Shown: positions 1 to 10,665, counted from the stretch's first letter. The stretch: 54,843 bases of DNA from Bacteroidota bacterium (GCA_006227105.1 SBFR01000200.1:1-54843); one strand, 5' to 3'. Numbers and translations are program-made. The notes: generated by a model not told the origin, from the letters alone.

Positions 1-234
1 TCCGATTCCCCATTTCTAAATCTTTCAATTGATGATCTTGTCAACAGACATGCTGAGCTAATTATTTTGATCGAAACATTTGATGAAACCTTTAGCCAGA
101 CCATTTTACAGAAACATTCTTATGGAGGAGTTGATTTCTTAGACAACGTGAAATTCGAAAGAAGTTTTGATGAGAATGAAGACGGAAATATCGTACTACG
201 TATCCGAGATCTCAACAAGGTTTCTCCTTTATAA
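1..234 (+). CDS. C-terminal fragment of inward-rectifier (KirBac-like) potassium channel; 5' end outside window
   Basis: Not in ORF track. Frame 1 reads SDSPFLNLSIDDLVNRHAELIILIETFDETFSQTILQKHSY...SPL* (TAA 232-234), matching the Kir cytoplasmic domain pattern SPxxxxxxxxL...E(I/L)xxxxExxDETFxQTxxxxxSY. Confidence 0.8.
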   Translation, partial: SDSPFLNLSIDDLVNRHAELIILIETFDETFSQTILQKHSYGGVDFLDNVKFERSFDENEDGNIVLRIRDLNKVSPL

Positions 235-238
235 TCTA

Positions 239-246
239 TACATTTG
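239..246 (+). promoter_or_regulatory. Bacteroidota -7 promoter box TACATTTG for queE operon
   Basis: Exact TAnnTTTG match, 5 nt upstream of ATG 252. Confidence 0.6.
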
Positions 247-251
247 TTTAA

Positions 252-875
252 ATGAATGCTAAGCAGATAGATCCTGATAAAGAACTTCCAGTGATGGAAG
301 CATTTTACACCCTGCAAGGTGAAGGATCACATTCTGGAAAGGCGGCCTATTTCATTCGTCTAGCGGGTTGCGACGTAGGATGCGTCTGGTGCGATGTCAA
401 AGAAAGCTGGGACGCAAACAAACATCCTATTCAGAGTATCGACAAAATTGTTGAAGAGGCATCTAATTATCCTGCAAGATTCGTTGTTATAACTGGTGGT
501 GAACCGCTGATGTATAACCTTTCTGCATTAACGCAGTTATTAAGGGAAAATGGTTTTACGATTGCTGTAGAAACTTCAGGCTGTTATCATTTACAAGGAA
601 AGATCGATTGGTATTGTTTCTCTCCAAAAAAATTTAAAAAACCTGTTGAATCTTCATACGAGATTGCCAATGAACTCAAAGTGATCATCGCTCATCCTTC
701 TGATTTTGAGTGGGCTGAGGGACACGCGAAAAAAGTGAACGAAAATTGTCAGTTATTCCTGCAGCCCGAGTGGGACAAACGGGAACGATTTTTGCCAATG
801 ATCGTAGACTATGTTAAAAACAACCCGCAATGGAGAATTTCATTGCAGACACATAAATACTTGAACATACCGTAA
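252..875 (+). CDS. queE: 7-carboxy-7-deazaguanine synthase (radical SAM)
   Basis: FYTLQGEG, FIRLAGCDVGCVWCD (CxxxCxxC), VITGGEP, VETSG, SPK, WRISLQTHKYL. Confidence 0.95.
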   Translation: MNAKQIDPDKELPVMEAFYTLQGEGSHSGKAAYFIRLAGCDVGCVWCDVKESWDANKHPIQSIDKIVEEASNYPARFVVITGGEPLMYNLSALTQLLRENGFTIAVETSGCYHLQGKIDWYCFSPKKFKKPVESSYEIANELKVIIAHPSDFEWAEGHAKKVNENCQLFLQPEWDKRERFLPMIVDYVKNNPQWRISLQTHKYLNIP

Positions 876-876
876 T

Positions 877-2895
877 ATGAAGTCATTTCTTATATTCTTC
901 TCGATTCTCCTGTCAGCTTCGTGCTCTATCAGCCAAGTGAAATATTCAACAAGTAATAAAAAGGCAATCAAGTTATTTGAGCAAGGTAAAGATGCTCCAG
1001 GTACTTCAATTGATCGTGCAACGAATATGCCGAATTATAAGCTTGGTATTGACTTAATGAATCAAGCGCTTGAGAAAGATCCTAATTTCTGGGAAGCACA
1101 TATGTTCGCAGGTGAATACTGTGAAATCCTTGGAAGATATCCTGAAGCAATTGGTCATTTTGAATCTGCTTTAAGAATCAATCCGAAACATAGTCCAACT
1201 GGTAGCACGTATTTTTACCTTGCAAATCTTCAGAATGCCGTTGGGGACTATGAAAAAAGTAATAAAAATCTAGAAATATTCGTCCAAAACAGAAACGCCA
1301 ACATACAACTTGTTGCTGAAGCGAATAAATTGATGGATAACAATAGATTTGCATTAGAAGCATTGAAGAATCCGACAAAATTTGATCCCGTAAATATTGG
1401 ACCTGGGATTAACACTCAATACAATGAATACTTTCCAACCATCACTGTTGACGGAAAAACCATCTTGTTCACCCGCAGAATTCCAGATGAAAGAGTGTTT
1501 GGACCAATCAAAGAACAAGAAGACTTCTACGTTTCCCAACTGAATGACCGAAACATGTGGGGTACAGCTGTACCTATGCCTTCGAATGTAAATACAGTAA
1601 ACAATGAAGGTGCACCAACCATTGGGGCTGATGGACGTTCTCTAGTGTTTGTCGCTTGTCCAGATGCAACTGGAGAGAATTATGGAGAAAACAGATTTGG
1701 AAAAGGAAGCTGTGACCTATTCTACACTAAAAAGCTAGGCTCAAGATGGACTGACCCTGTAAATATTCCGGGTAATGTAAATTCCTATCATTGGGAAACA
1801 CAGCCTTCTCTATCTGCTGATGGGAAGACCATGTATTTTATCAGAGGAATCAGGGGTCGCAACCAGACTGAGAATTCTGACATCTACGTAACGCGACTTT
1901 TAGACAATGGTTCTTGGAGTACCCCGGAAAGATTACCAGATATCATTAACACACCCTACGAAGAGGAATCTGTCCTTATTCACCCCGACGGTAAAACACT
2001 GTACTTCGCTTCGAAAGGTCATGTCGGAATGGGCGGATCTGATCTATTTGTATCCAGAATGGATGCACAAGGAAACTGGACCAGACCTGTTAATTTGGGA
2101 TACCCCATCAACACAAAGTTCGACGAAAATTCATTGATGGTTTCTCCTGATGGCGAAATTGCATTCTTTGCTTCCGACAGAGATGGAGGATACGGTGGAC
2201 TGGACATATACTATTTTACGCTTCCTGAAAATTTGAGACCAACAAAGACCCTATACTTTGAAGGAATGGTTTACGACATTAAAACAAGAAATCCAATCCC
2301 GGGTAAGTTCCAACTGATAGATCTGGAGACAGGAAAAGAGGTCGTAGTTTCAGAAGCAGATAAGCTAACTGGTGAATTTATGGTGAGTTTACCGATCAAC
2401 AAGTCATACGCTTTGAATGTCTCCTACCCTGGCTATACTTTCTTTTCAAAGAACTTTAACATGACAGTTGTCGAAAATCAAGAAGCTGTTCATATGGATG
2501 TGCCTATGGTTCCAATTACTGATGGTACTCCTACACTTCTTGCGAACGTATTCTTTGATTTGAGTAAAGCAACATTGAGACCCGAATCGTACGTTGAGCT
2601 GAACAAGCTTGTTGAATTCATGACTAAAAATCCAACGGTTAAAATTGAAATTGGCGGACATACAGACACCAGAGGTGATGATAAAGAGAACCTTAAACTT
2701 TCGAATGACAGAGCCAAGTCTGTTTATGAATATGTTGTTTCAAAAGGTGTTGAAGCATCTAGAATGACTTACAAAGGATACGGAGAAACAAAACCGGTTA
2801 TATCGGATGCAGAGATCAACAAAATGGCAACTGAAAAAGAACGAGAAGAAGCTCATCAGTCAAACCGTCGTACAGAATATCGAATTATCAAGTAA
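877..2895 (+). CDS. PorE-like TPR + PD40 beta-propeller + carboxypeptidase-regulatory-like + OmpA C-terminal protein
   Basis: Signal peptide with possible lipobox (SASC), TPR helices, repeated PD40 units (INTxxxExxPxxSxDGKTLYF), C-terminal OmpA motif GHTDTRGDDKENLKLSNDRA...NRRTE. Confidence 0.85.
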   Translation: MKSFLIFFSILLSASCSISQVKYSTSNKKAIKLFEQGKDAPGTSIDRATNMPNYKLGIDLMNQALEKDPNFWEAHMFAGEYCEILGRYPEAIGHFESALRINPKHSPTGSTYFYLANLQNAVGDYEKSNKNLEIFVQNRNANIQLVAEANKLMDNNRFALEALKNPTKFDPVNIGPGINTQYNEYFPTITVDGKTILFTRRIPDERVFGPIKEQEDFYVSQLNDRNMWGTAVPMPSNVNTVNNEGAPTIGADGRSLVFVACPDATGENYGENRFGKGSCDLFYTKKLGSRWTDPVNIPGNVNSYHWETQPSLSADGKTMYFIRGIRGRNQTENSDIYVTRLLDNGSWSTPERLPDIINTPYEEESVLIHPDGKTLYFASKGHVGMGGSDLFVSRMDAQGNWTRPVNLGYPINTKFDENSLMVSPDGEIAFFASDRDGGYGGLDIYYFTLPENLRPTKTLYFEGMVYDIKTRNPIPGKFQLIDLETGKEVVVSEADKLTGEFMVSLPINKSYALNVSYPGYTFFSKNFNMTVVENQEAVHMDVPMVPITDGTPTLLANVFFDLSKATLRPESYVELNKLVEFMTKNPTVKIEIGGHTDTRGDDKENLKLSNDRAKSVYEYVVSKGVEASRMTYKGYGETKPVISDAEINKMATEKEREEAHQSNRRTEYRIIK

Positions 2896-3797
2896 TGCAT
2901 TTTCTGCGACTTATACGACCTCTTAACCTAGCGATCATTGCTTTTACCATGATCGCCACGTTTATTCACCTCAAAGATCTGAGCGATTATTCCGGCTTTA
3001 CCTATAACATCTTTAACTTATCACTTCTCATCGGCTCTACGGTTATCATTGCAGCTGCCGGCAATATCATCAATGATTACTTTGACGTTAAAGCTGACAG
3101 GATCAATAAGCCCGAAAAACTGATCATTACAAAACACATAAAAAGACGGTGGGCCATCGTTTCTCATTGGAGCTTTAATGGGATTGGTTTCATTTCAGGG
3201 ATATACCTCTCTATTTATTACCAATCGATCATATTTGTCTTCATTCATTTGATTTCTATTAACCTGTTATGGTTTTATAGCATGTATTTCAAACGAAAAG
3301 TATTTATCGGAAATCTCATTATCGCTGTATTAACAGGAATGATTCCAGTATTGACCCTCCTTTATGTTTGTTTTTCTGTAAGTCTGCAGTCTGATCAGAA
3401 TGTTGTTTCTCTATTAATCTCTGAAGATCTGAATTTGATCTACATTGTAGCTCTTCTGGCCGCACTTTCAAACCTTTCAAGAGAGATCATAAAAGATATA
3501 CAGGATATGTCGGGAGATCGCCTGATCTACGTTAAATCACTCCCAATGGTCATTGGGGTAATGAATTCAAAGATCATATCAACGATCATTATGATCCTTG
3601 TTATATTATTATGTCTATTTGAGGCAAACAATTTAAACTGGAACATCTCGATGGTATGGCCATTAGCTATATCTTCGGTAACCTTATCACTCGCGGGCAT
3701 AAGCTTATTTCTTTCAGATAAGCTTAAAATAAGCGATCAATTGATCAAAGTTTCCATGTTATTTGGTGTCATTTCACTTCTAACGGTTCATAGTTAA
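2895..3797 (+). CDS. UbiA-family prenyltransferase (DGGGP synthase-like)
   Basis: LIRPLNL, GNIINDYFDVKADRINKPEK and REIIKDIQDMSGD aspartate-rich motifs; multiple TM helices; TAATG overlap with upstream stop. Confidence 0.88.
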   Translation: MHFLRLIRPLNLAIIAFTMIATFIHLKDLSDYSGFTYNIFNLSLLIGSTVIIAAAGNIINDYFDVKADRINKPEKLIITKHIKRRWAIVSHWSFNGIGFISGIYLSIYYQSIIFVFIHLISINLLWFYSMYFKRKVFIGNLIIAVLTGMIPVLTLLYVCFSVSLQSDQNVVSLLISEDLNLIYIVALLAALSNLSREIIKDIQDMSGDRLIYVKSLPMVIGVMNSKIISTIIMILVILLCLFEANNLNWNISMVWPLAISSVTLSLAGISLFLSDKLKISDQLIKVSMLFGVISLLTVHS

Positions 3798-4363
3798 TGA
3801 ATTCCAGGATCATTTTAGGATCAAATTCTCCACGTAGGAAAGAGTTGTTATCTGACATGGGCTATGATTTCAGCGTCTATTCAATTGACATTGACGAATC
3901 TTTCCCCATTGATCTTGATCCGTTCGAAGTTGCAGAGTATGTTGCATTAAAAAAGGCAAAACATTTACAAGAACATCTTGAAGAAAACGAAATCTTGATC
4001 TGTGCTGACACCACTGTGATCCTTGAACATAGGGTTCTCGGGAAACCTTCTGATTTTGACGAAGCATATGCAATGATCAAAGAACTTTCAGGTCGAAAAC
4101 ACCATGTGGTATCTGGTGTTGCCGTATTCACTTTACAGGATCAAATTTCCTTTAGTGAAATTACCGAAGTGAATTTCAAGTCAATTCCTGACGAAATGAT
4201 CGAATATTATATCCGTGAGTATAAACCGTTCGACAAAGCAGGATCATACGGAATCCAGGAATGGATTGGGTATAACTTTATTTCTGAAATAAAAGGATCT
4301 TATACCAATGTTGTGGGCTTACCTACTCATCGGTTATTTGAAATCTTAAAAGAAATTGAATAA
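3797..4363 (+). CDS. maf: Maf/YhdE-type nucleoside triphosphate pyrophosphatase
   Basis: LGSNSPRRKELL, ADT, LGKP, KAGSYGIQ, NVVGLP. Confidence 0.95.
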   Translation: MNSRIILGSNSPRRKELLSDMGYDFSVYSIDIDESFPIDLDPFEVAEYVALKKAKHLQEHLEENEILICADTTVILEHRVLGKPSDFDEAYAMIKELSGRKHHVVSGVAVFTLQDQISFSEITEVNFKSIPDEMIEYYIREYKPFDKAGSYGIQEWIGYNFISEIKGSYTNVVGLPTHRLFEILKEIE

Positions 4364-4393
4364 AAAAAGGAGGCACAATAGCCTCCTTTTTTA
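4362..4393. terminator. Bidirectional intrinsic terminator
   Basis: A7-GGAGGC-acaata-GCCTCC-T6 between convergent genes. Confidence 0.85.
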
Positions 4394-4411
4394 TTTTCTC
4401 TATATAGATAG

Positions 4412-5599
4412 TTATCTAACCTTAAATGTAACGCGTCTGTTCTTCGCCATAATAAGATCATCGTCGTCACCTTCTTCGATCTCATCACTTGGCTCACTGC
4501 TTCCTTGAGAAGAAGGGATCATTCTACCCTCTTCTATTCCTTTATCCATTAAATAAGACATCACTTCATTGACTCTCTTTGAAGCCATATCTGCATACAT
4601 CTCCTTTTCAAGACCTACCTTATCTTCTTCTGCATCACTATGCCCCATCACTTCAAGTTTCATCGAAGCATTTGCCTTCATTTCTTCTGCGATCAGATCA
4701 AGCGCCTCCTCTCCTTCTGTAGTCAATGTCGTCTTTCCAAAAGCAAAGAACACTTTTTGAGCTTCCACCTTCTCAGCAGATGTCATTTTATCATTCAATA
4801 CGACCGCTTTCTGATAGATCGTTGAAGAATAATTGTTCTCATTTTCAGTGATCAGACAATCACACTGCTCATTGTTATCGATCAACTGAATAGAGATATC
4901 ATCGATATAGTAATACGCAGAAATCACCTGAGTAAGCTTCATTTCTTTGTTATTCGGCTTCTTGTTGTTCTCATATTTAGTTTTGTCGTTCGGATCAAAA
5001 TTTCCAATTGTGATATATTTTTCTCCACCTTCAGCTTCAAATATTCCACAAACTTTGTCCCAATTGTACGTAGCGTTAAACACCTTGTTGTTATAGTGCT
5101 TGATATGAGCTTCATCGATAATGGCAGTCTTGGAATCCGTAGCGAAAGGCTTCTTTGAAAGATTCGCTCCAATATTGTTACTCGCATATTTTGAAGCTTC
5201 CGCTAAAGACACATGAAATGAAACACAATACTTCATCCCTTTCTTTAGAGGCGAATCCAATTTAGCCATAATGTATGATCTTGGCACCTTATCTCCGAAA
5301 GAAAACGCAACGATTCCTGCATAGTTTGAACCTTCCTTCGCTTCTTCTTTTCCATAAATGTTCATTGGAGTACTGATATCGATCACCTTACCAGGCGTGA
5401 AAAGGTCAGCTCGAACTCCTGTCGGAGATGTCCATGTTGTAGCACTTTCGATTCCACCCAGCTTTTTTACCTTGCCATCGGTTGATTCAAAACCACCGTT
5501 TGACAAAAGGTTCTCACCCTGAGCAAATGAATTTGTCGTTAACAATCCTACAAATAGAATCGAAACTACATTCTTAAAATTCTTACTTACGTAATTCAT
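4412..5599 (-). CDS. Secreted protein with N-terminal beta-sandwich domain and C-terminal OmpA-like domain
   Basis: Signal peptide, NLLSNGGFE...YYYIDDISI domain, then VFFAFGK...GHSD...SKRV...NRRVTF. Confidence 0.8.
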   Translation of the reverse strand: MNYVSKNFKNVVSILFVGLLTTNSFAQGENLLSNGGFESTDGKVKKLGGIESATTWTSPTGVRADLFTPGKVIDISTPMNIYGKEEAKEGSNYAGIVAFSFGDKVPRSYIMAKLDSPLKKGMKYCVSFHVSLAEASKYASNNIGANLSKKPFATDSKTAIIDEAHIKHYNNKVFNATYNWDKVCGIFEAEGGEKYITIGNFDPNDKTKYENNKKPNNKEMKLTQVISAYYYIDDISIQLIDNNEQCDCLITENENNYSSTIYQKAVVLNDKMTSAEKVEAQKVFFAFGKTTLTTEGEEALDLIAEEMKANASMKLEVMGHSDAEEDKVGLEKEMYADMASKRVNEVMSYLMDKGIEEGRMIPSSQGSSEPSDEIEEGDDDDLIMAKNRRVTFKVR

Positions 5600-6620
5600 A
5601 ATTCTTTACTGTTTTAATGAACGTTTTCACCTTTTCCGGATCAACATCTGGATAAACTCCATGACCCAAATTTACAATATGTCGTTTACTCGTGAAAGTA
5701 TCCAACATTTTAATTGTCAGATTCTCAACATCTTTATGGCTACTATATAAAGCACAAGGATCTAAATTGCCTTGAAGAGTTCTACTCTCTCCGACCATTT
5801 TTCTTGCCTCTGATATATCCATATTCCAGTCAAGTCCGACAGTATTACAATTTAATTTTCCAATGGATCCTATTGAGGTTATAGCTCCTTTCGAAAAGAT
5901 CGTCACTGGAACCTCGTTGATCGCATCAGCAATTAAACTTATGTATTTCAATCCAAATTCAGCGTATTGCTCTGTTCCCAGAATTCCTGCCCAAGAATCA
6001 AAGATCTGAACCATATGAGCTCCGGCCTTGATCTGTGCTTTCAAATACTGAATTGTCACTTTCGTGATCATACTTAACAACTCATGTGCCAAAGCAGGAT
6101 CAGTGTACAAAAGTTTTCTGGATTCGGAGAATGTTTTCGATCCTTTTCCTTCGACCATATAACAAAGAATCGTCCATGGCGCACCCGCAAAACCGATTAG
6201 AGGAACTCTCCCGTCTAGCTCTTTGTTCGTGATCTTTATCGCCTCTAGGACGTATCCCAAACGATCATTTATGTCAAAGGAATCTGAAATCAATTTCAAT
6301 TCCTCTCTGGACCTGATCGTTTTTTCAAACCACGGTCCCTTTTGCTCGATCATTTGATATTCCAGTCCCATTGCTTCAGGAACTACAAGGATGTCCGAAA
6401 AAATAATTGCTGCATCCACACCAAGGATATCTACCGGCTGAATCGTAACTTCAGCGGCCCTTTCCGGAGTTTCAACCAATTCTTTAAAACCAGACAAACT
6501 CGATCTTACAGCTCTGTATTCAGGTAAGATTCTACCAGCTTGACGCATAAGCCACACGGGATAGCGATCAATATCTTCACCCCTTGCAGCTCTTAAAATG
6601 AGATCATTCTTTAATTCCAT
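5583..6620 (-). CDS. hemE: Uroporphyrinogen decarboxylase
   Basis: [53 protein letters not shown]. Start moved to ATG 6620 because the track TTG 6629 lies inside the promoter box. Confidence 0.96.
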   Translation of the reverse strand: MELKNDLILRAARGEDIDRYPVWLMRQAGRILPEYRAVRSSLSGFKELVETPERAAEVTIQPVDILGVDAAIIFSDILVVPEAMGLEYQMIEQKGPWFEKTIRSREELKLISDSFDINDRLGYVLEAIKITNKELDGRVPLIGFAGAPWTILCYMVEGKGSKTFSESRKLLYTDPALAHELLSMITKVTIQYLKAQIKAGAHMVQIFDSWAGILGTEQYAEFGLKYISLIADAINEVPVTIFSKGAITSIGSIGKLNCNTVGLDWNMDISEARKMVGESRTLQGNLDPCALYSSHKDVENLTIKMLDTFTSKRHIVNLGHGVYPDVDPEKVKTFIKTVKNYELRK

Positions 6621-6626
6621 TGCCTG

Positions 6627-6634
6627 CAAAGATA
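6627..6634 (-). promoter_or_regulatory. -7 promoter box TATCTTTG for hemE
   Basis: Exact TAnnTTTG on minus strand, 6 nt before ATG 6620. Confidence 0.6.
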
Positions 6635-6656
6635 GTTAAACTAAACATGCGTAAGC

Positions 6657-7328
6657 CTACCAGTTGATTTGTGTTTGGCCCTTTTTCAACAGATATTCGT
6701 TAATCCGTGAAAATGGTTTTGATCCAAAAAATCCACGATGTGCAGATAATGGTGATGGGTGTGGACTCGAAATGATCAGATTCTTTTGGGTGTCAATATA
6801 TTCTACCTTTTTTTGTGCCTTTGCACCCCACAAGACATAAACTAGTTCTGACCTGCTATTTGCCAAATGTTGAATTGCAGCATCGGTAAACTTTTCCCAA
6901 CCTTTACCTGAATGACTATCCGGCAATCCTTCCCGAACAGTTAAGACGGTATTGATCAATAATACTCCTTGCTGAGCCCAATTCGACAAATCCCCATTGG
7001 ACGGTGCTTGAATCGATAGATCCGACTCAAGTTCTTTAAAAATATTGACTAGACTTTTTGGAAGTGGTTTCACTTTCTCATCAACAGAAAAACAAAGTCC
7101 ATGTGCATGTCCTTTGGTCGGGTAAGGATCCTGCCCCAGAATGACAACCTTCACTTTTGAAGGCGGACAAAGATCAAATGCCCTGAAGATCTCATTTCCA
7201 GCAGGAAAGATCCTACCTGGATGTTGAGCATATTCATTTTTGACAAATGTGATCAACTCATGAAAATATGGCTTTTCGAACTCATCCTTCAATAATGATT
7301 TCCATTCTTCATTTATTCTCACATTCAT
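6657..7328 (-). CDS. ung: Uracil-DNA glycosylase (family 1)
   Basis: KVVILGQDPY, AHGLCFSV, WAQQGVLLIN, HPSPLSAHRGFFG. Confidence 0.97.
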   Translation of the reverse strand: MNVRINEEWKSLLKDEFEKPYFHELITFVKNEYAQHPGRIFPAGNEIFRAFDLCPPSKVKVVILGQDPYPTKGHAHGLCFSVDEKVKPLPKSLVNIFKELESDLSIQAPSNGDLSNWAQQGVLLINTVLTVREGLPDSHSGKGWEKFTDAAIQHLANSRSELVYVLWGAKAQKKVEYIDTQKNLIISSPHPSPLSAHRGFFGSKPFSRINEYLLKKGQTQINW

Positions 7329-7375
7329 GTTTTAAAATTATAAAATTTGGCGTTGAAGTCTAATACTAATCCACC

Positions 7376-7383
7376 TATCTTTG
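7376..7383 (+). promoter_or_regulatory. -7 promoter box TATCTTTG
   Basis: Exact TAnnTTTG, 4 nt before ATG 7388. Confidence 0.6.
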
Positions 7384-7387
7384 TCAT

Positions 7388-8146
7388 ATGAAGAATTGGC
7401 TCCCACTCTTACTGATCGTGTTCCTTTCCAGCTGCTCCGAAGTTGAAAATACAGATACAGTTGTTACCAATGAAGTCGAAACAGACGAAAACGAATCTCT
7501 TGAATCAAGGGCAAAAAGACATGTTGAAGCGAGCTTAACAATACCTGTCAATGAGAAATATTCATTAAAGATATACCGAGCTAACCTTGATGGTGACGAC
7601 CGGGAGGATGCCATCATTGCTGTAAACAGATATGACTTTGCTATTGAAGAGGCCCTGAAATCAAATAACACGGCTAAAAGAGCGGAAGTTGGCTACATGG
7701 GTAATTACAATTACATTTTCTATTATGATGGTGCGCTAAATAAAATATCGCCCCCACAAGTCATATCTTCTACTCCTCAAGCTGAACTAACCGTAAAATT
7801 TGACAATATTACAAGTCAGGTGTATCAAGATATTTTGATCGACTATAGAATTAGAAACTCGAGTTACAAGGCAATCTATTCCATAAGAAATCATACGCCA
7901 AAAAGAATTTTTCACTGGAAAAACTTCGATGGATTGGGCACCGAACAAAAAGAAGCATATGTTCTAAAGTTTGGAGAAGGGACGGCAGGGATCCAAAAGG
8001 ATATTTACATCTTAAAAGCAGAATTCGATAATCCTGAAAGCGCTGAAGACCTTTTCACTTACTCACCAGATTTGAGGCCAACCAAAGAAGTTTTACATCA
8101 TTTTTTCTTTGTTTCATCTACAGATATGTACATGACAAAAAAATAA
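7388..8146 (+). CDS. Hypothetical lipoprotein
   Basis: Lipobox FLSSC followed by acidic SEVENTD; NLDGDDREDA possible calcium-binding loop. Confidence 0.75.
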   Translation: MKNWLPLLLIVFLSSCSEVENTDTVVTNEVETDENESLESRAKRHVEASLTIPVNEKYSLKIYRANLDGDDREDAIIAVNRYDFAIEEALKSNNTAKRAEVGYMGNYNYIFYYDGALNKISPPQVISSTPQAELTVKFDNITSQVYQDILIDYRIRNSSYKAIYSIRNHTPKRIFHWKNFDGLGTEQKEAYVLKFGEGTAGIQKDIYILKAEFDNPESAEDLFTYSPDLRPTKEVLHHFFFVSSTDMYMTKK

Positions 8147-8176
8147 TGCCTCCACCTGTAAAAGGTGAAGGCATTA
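8144..8176. terminator. Probable terminator hairpin between convergent genes
   Basis: TAATGCCTCCACCT-gtaaa-AGGTGAAGGCATTA imperfect inverted repeat. Confidence 0.6.
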
Positions 8177-8193
8177 CACTATAGAAGAATTCC

Positions 8194-10617
8194 TTAAAAA
8201 CTACCTCTTAATGTAAAGATGAAGTTTCGTCCAGGAGCTGAAATGTTTGATGCAAACACTCTATAATTCCTATCTAGGATATTTTCACATGCCAGTTGAA
8301 GTCCCAGGTTTTTATTGAATTGATACCCAACTCTTGCATTGATCGTATACCATGAAGGCATTCCTTGAGGCAAGGCAAATGCTTGATTATCCTCACCAAA
8401 AGGATTGTAATCTTCAATTCTTTTCCAACCACTGTAATTCACATACATTTCGCCGCGAAACTTTCCTTCTATCACTTGGAATCCAAGTTTTCCAAAAACA
8501 GGTGGAATGTGATCCAAAGGAATTGCCGCGGTTGAATCATTAATGATCCTTCCATAGGTATAATTATATGTTGCATACACCTTCACATGATTGCTGATCT
8601 TTCCATTCATTGAAAGTTCCAAACCGTATAAATATGCCCTACTCGCATTCTGCATGGAAACAACGTTACTCATTACTCCATCATATAGGATCGAATCCTG
8701 ACCATTAAATTGATCATCCTTCACTGTAAGTGCATTAGTCAGAAAAGTGTAATATCCTGTTGCCTGTACATCTACCTTTCTTCCTAATTTATGCCCTATC
8801 CCCAATTCACCATTGTAGGTGTATTCCGGTTTTATGTTTTCATTAGGAACAATGATGTTTCCCGGAGATGATTCAAAAACCTTACTCAGATCATCCACAT
8901 TTGGAGCTCTGAAACCCGTAGAGAAAAGCACATTGATTCTAGTCTCGGCATCAGGCATATAGATTAAGCCCACATTCCCATTAAGAGCGGCATTTTTCTG
9001 TGATGTTTCATCAAATGGGAATTTAAAAAATGTAGTATCGGTAAATTTTGCATTCAGACCGACACTAGAGAAACGTAATCCATCATTTAGGATGAGATGA
9101 TCATTGATCTCATAGGTATGCGTCAAATAAGCCGCAATAGAGCTCATAGTTGCTCCTCCGGATGCATATCTTGTATCTAAAGGGGTTTCCATTCCCGTCT
9201 CGATATCTTTTTTGAAGGCGGAAGATGCAACCTTATTGTACCACCCTTCCAATCCGTATCTCAACTCATTCTTTCCTGATTTTTTGGCCAGATCAAGATT
9301 CAAGGTGTAAATGTCAAGGTTTTCAATTCGATGATTCAGACCGGTATTATTAAATCTTCGATCCATTCTGCTCTCTTCGATCTGTTGATACCCCAAGATT
9401 AACCTTGCATTATCATAGAACTTATTTTTATTGGTTAGCGCCAAAGTGTACGCTGCAAGCAGTCTGTCTTGTGGGCCATAATACCATTCTGCAAACCTTG
9501 GAAGACCTGATGACATCTGTGTCAATCTGTCATATCGAGGAATATTGGAAGAGGTAGAATATTGCAAATTGACCATATGCTTTACATTTTCATTCTGCTG
9601 AAATAAGAACTTTTGCAAAAGGTCATACTGTGAATATCCCGAACCCACTTGAAGATTCGAATCAGCATTCATGATCATGGTGTCTTTACCACCAATTCTG
9701 TCCTGATACCATGATCTTGCACCAAAATTACCTGCAAAGATCTCGCGGTTAGAACCTTGTCTTAAATCACCAAAATTCGAATACGTAAACGATGTTAATG
9801 AACCGAATTTCTTTGACCCTACGGCCACATCGGCGTGAGCAGCATAACCGCTGGCAGCACTCATATACCGCGTGTACGCATTGGCTTTAACCAATAGCTT
9901 CCCATCCGAAGAAAGTAATGGATCCTTTGTTCTGAAGGACATTACTCCTCCCAATGCATCGGAACCGTAAACAACTGACCCTGGGCCATAAACAATTTCA
10001 GCACGATCAAAAATTGCATTATCGAGGGTGATGACGTTCTGAAGATGCCCTCCCCTGTATATCGCATTGTTCATGCGTATGCCATCTATTACGATCAACA
10101 CCTTATTGGTTTCAAATCCTCGTATCACAGGACTACCACCTCCTAATTGACTCTTTTGAACCATAACGTTTCCGGAGTTTGCCAAAACATCGGCCGTAGA
10201 GGATTGATTCATATTTTCAAGTTCAGAGGCGCGAATCACCTGTATCTTTTGTGATACATCCTTTCGTTTCTCCTCAAACTTACTTGCAGACACAACCACT
10301 TCATCGATCGAAGATACGTTTTCTGAAAGTCGAATTATTGTACCTCCATCCGCTAGAGGAAGTTGGGTAGTGAATTTTTCATACATCGGATGGTTTAACG
10401 AAACTTGAATTTCGCCTTTGATCGGCTTAAGGGAAATTATTCCTTTCGAATCCGATTTTCCGATCATCTGATTATTGGTGTTATTGACAACAGTTACACC
10501 TTCTATTGGCTTTAAGGAAAGAATATCGATCACCTTAAGCTCGTACATTGAATTCTCACTCTGGCCAAATAAAAATATTGAGCACAGTAGAGAATATCCT
10601 AAGAGAATATTTCTCAT
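8194..10617 (-). CDS. TonB-dependent outer-membrane receptor
   Basis: N-terminal carboxypeptidase-regulatory-like domain, plug (SPVIRGFETNKVLIVIDG, AEIVYGPGSVVYGSDALGG), FRAP motif, C-terminal PGRNFIFTLRGSF. Confidence 0.93.
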   Translation of the reverse strand: MRNILLGYSLLCSIFLFGQSENSMYELKVIDILSLKPIEGVTVVNNTNNQMIGKSDSKGIISLKPIKGEIQVSLNHPMYEKFTTQLPLADGGTIIRLSENVSSIDEVVVSASKFEEKRKDVSQKIQVIRASELENMNQSSTADVLANSGNVMVQKSQLGGGSPVIRGFETNKVLIVIDGIRMNNAIYRGGHLQNVITLDNAIFDRAEIVYGPGSVVYGSDALGGVMSFRTKDPLLSSDGKLLVKANAYTRYMSAASGYAAHADVAVGSKKFGSLTSFTYSNFGDLRQGSNREIFAGNFGARSWYQDRIGGKDTMIMNADSNLQVGSGYSQYDLLQKFLFQQNENVKHMVNLQYSTSSNIPRYDRLTQMSSGLPRFAEWYYGPQDRLLAAYTLALTNKNKFYDNARLILGYQQIEESRMDRRFNNTGLNHRIENLDIYTLNLDLAKKSGKNELRYGLEGWYNKVASSAFKKDIETGMETPLDTRYASGGATMSSIAAYLTHTYEINDHLILNDGLRFSSVGLNAKFTDTTFFKFPFDETSQKNAALNGNVGLIYMPDAETRINVLFSTGFRAPNVDDLSKVFESSPGNIIVPNENIKPEYTYNGELGIGHKLGRKVDVQATGYYTFLTNALTVKDDQFNGQDSILYDGVMSNVVSMQNASRAYLYGLELSMNGKISNHVKVYATYNYTYGRIINDSTAAIPLDHIPPVFGKLGFQVIEGKFRGEMYVNYSGWKRIEDYNPFGEDNQAFALPQGMPSWYTINARVGYQFNKNLGLQLACENILDRNYRVFASNISAPGRNFIFTLRGSF

Positions 10618-10665
10618 GATTTATGAATTAATAAAAATTTGATTAATTGATTTGTTATAAATGAT

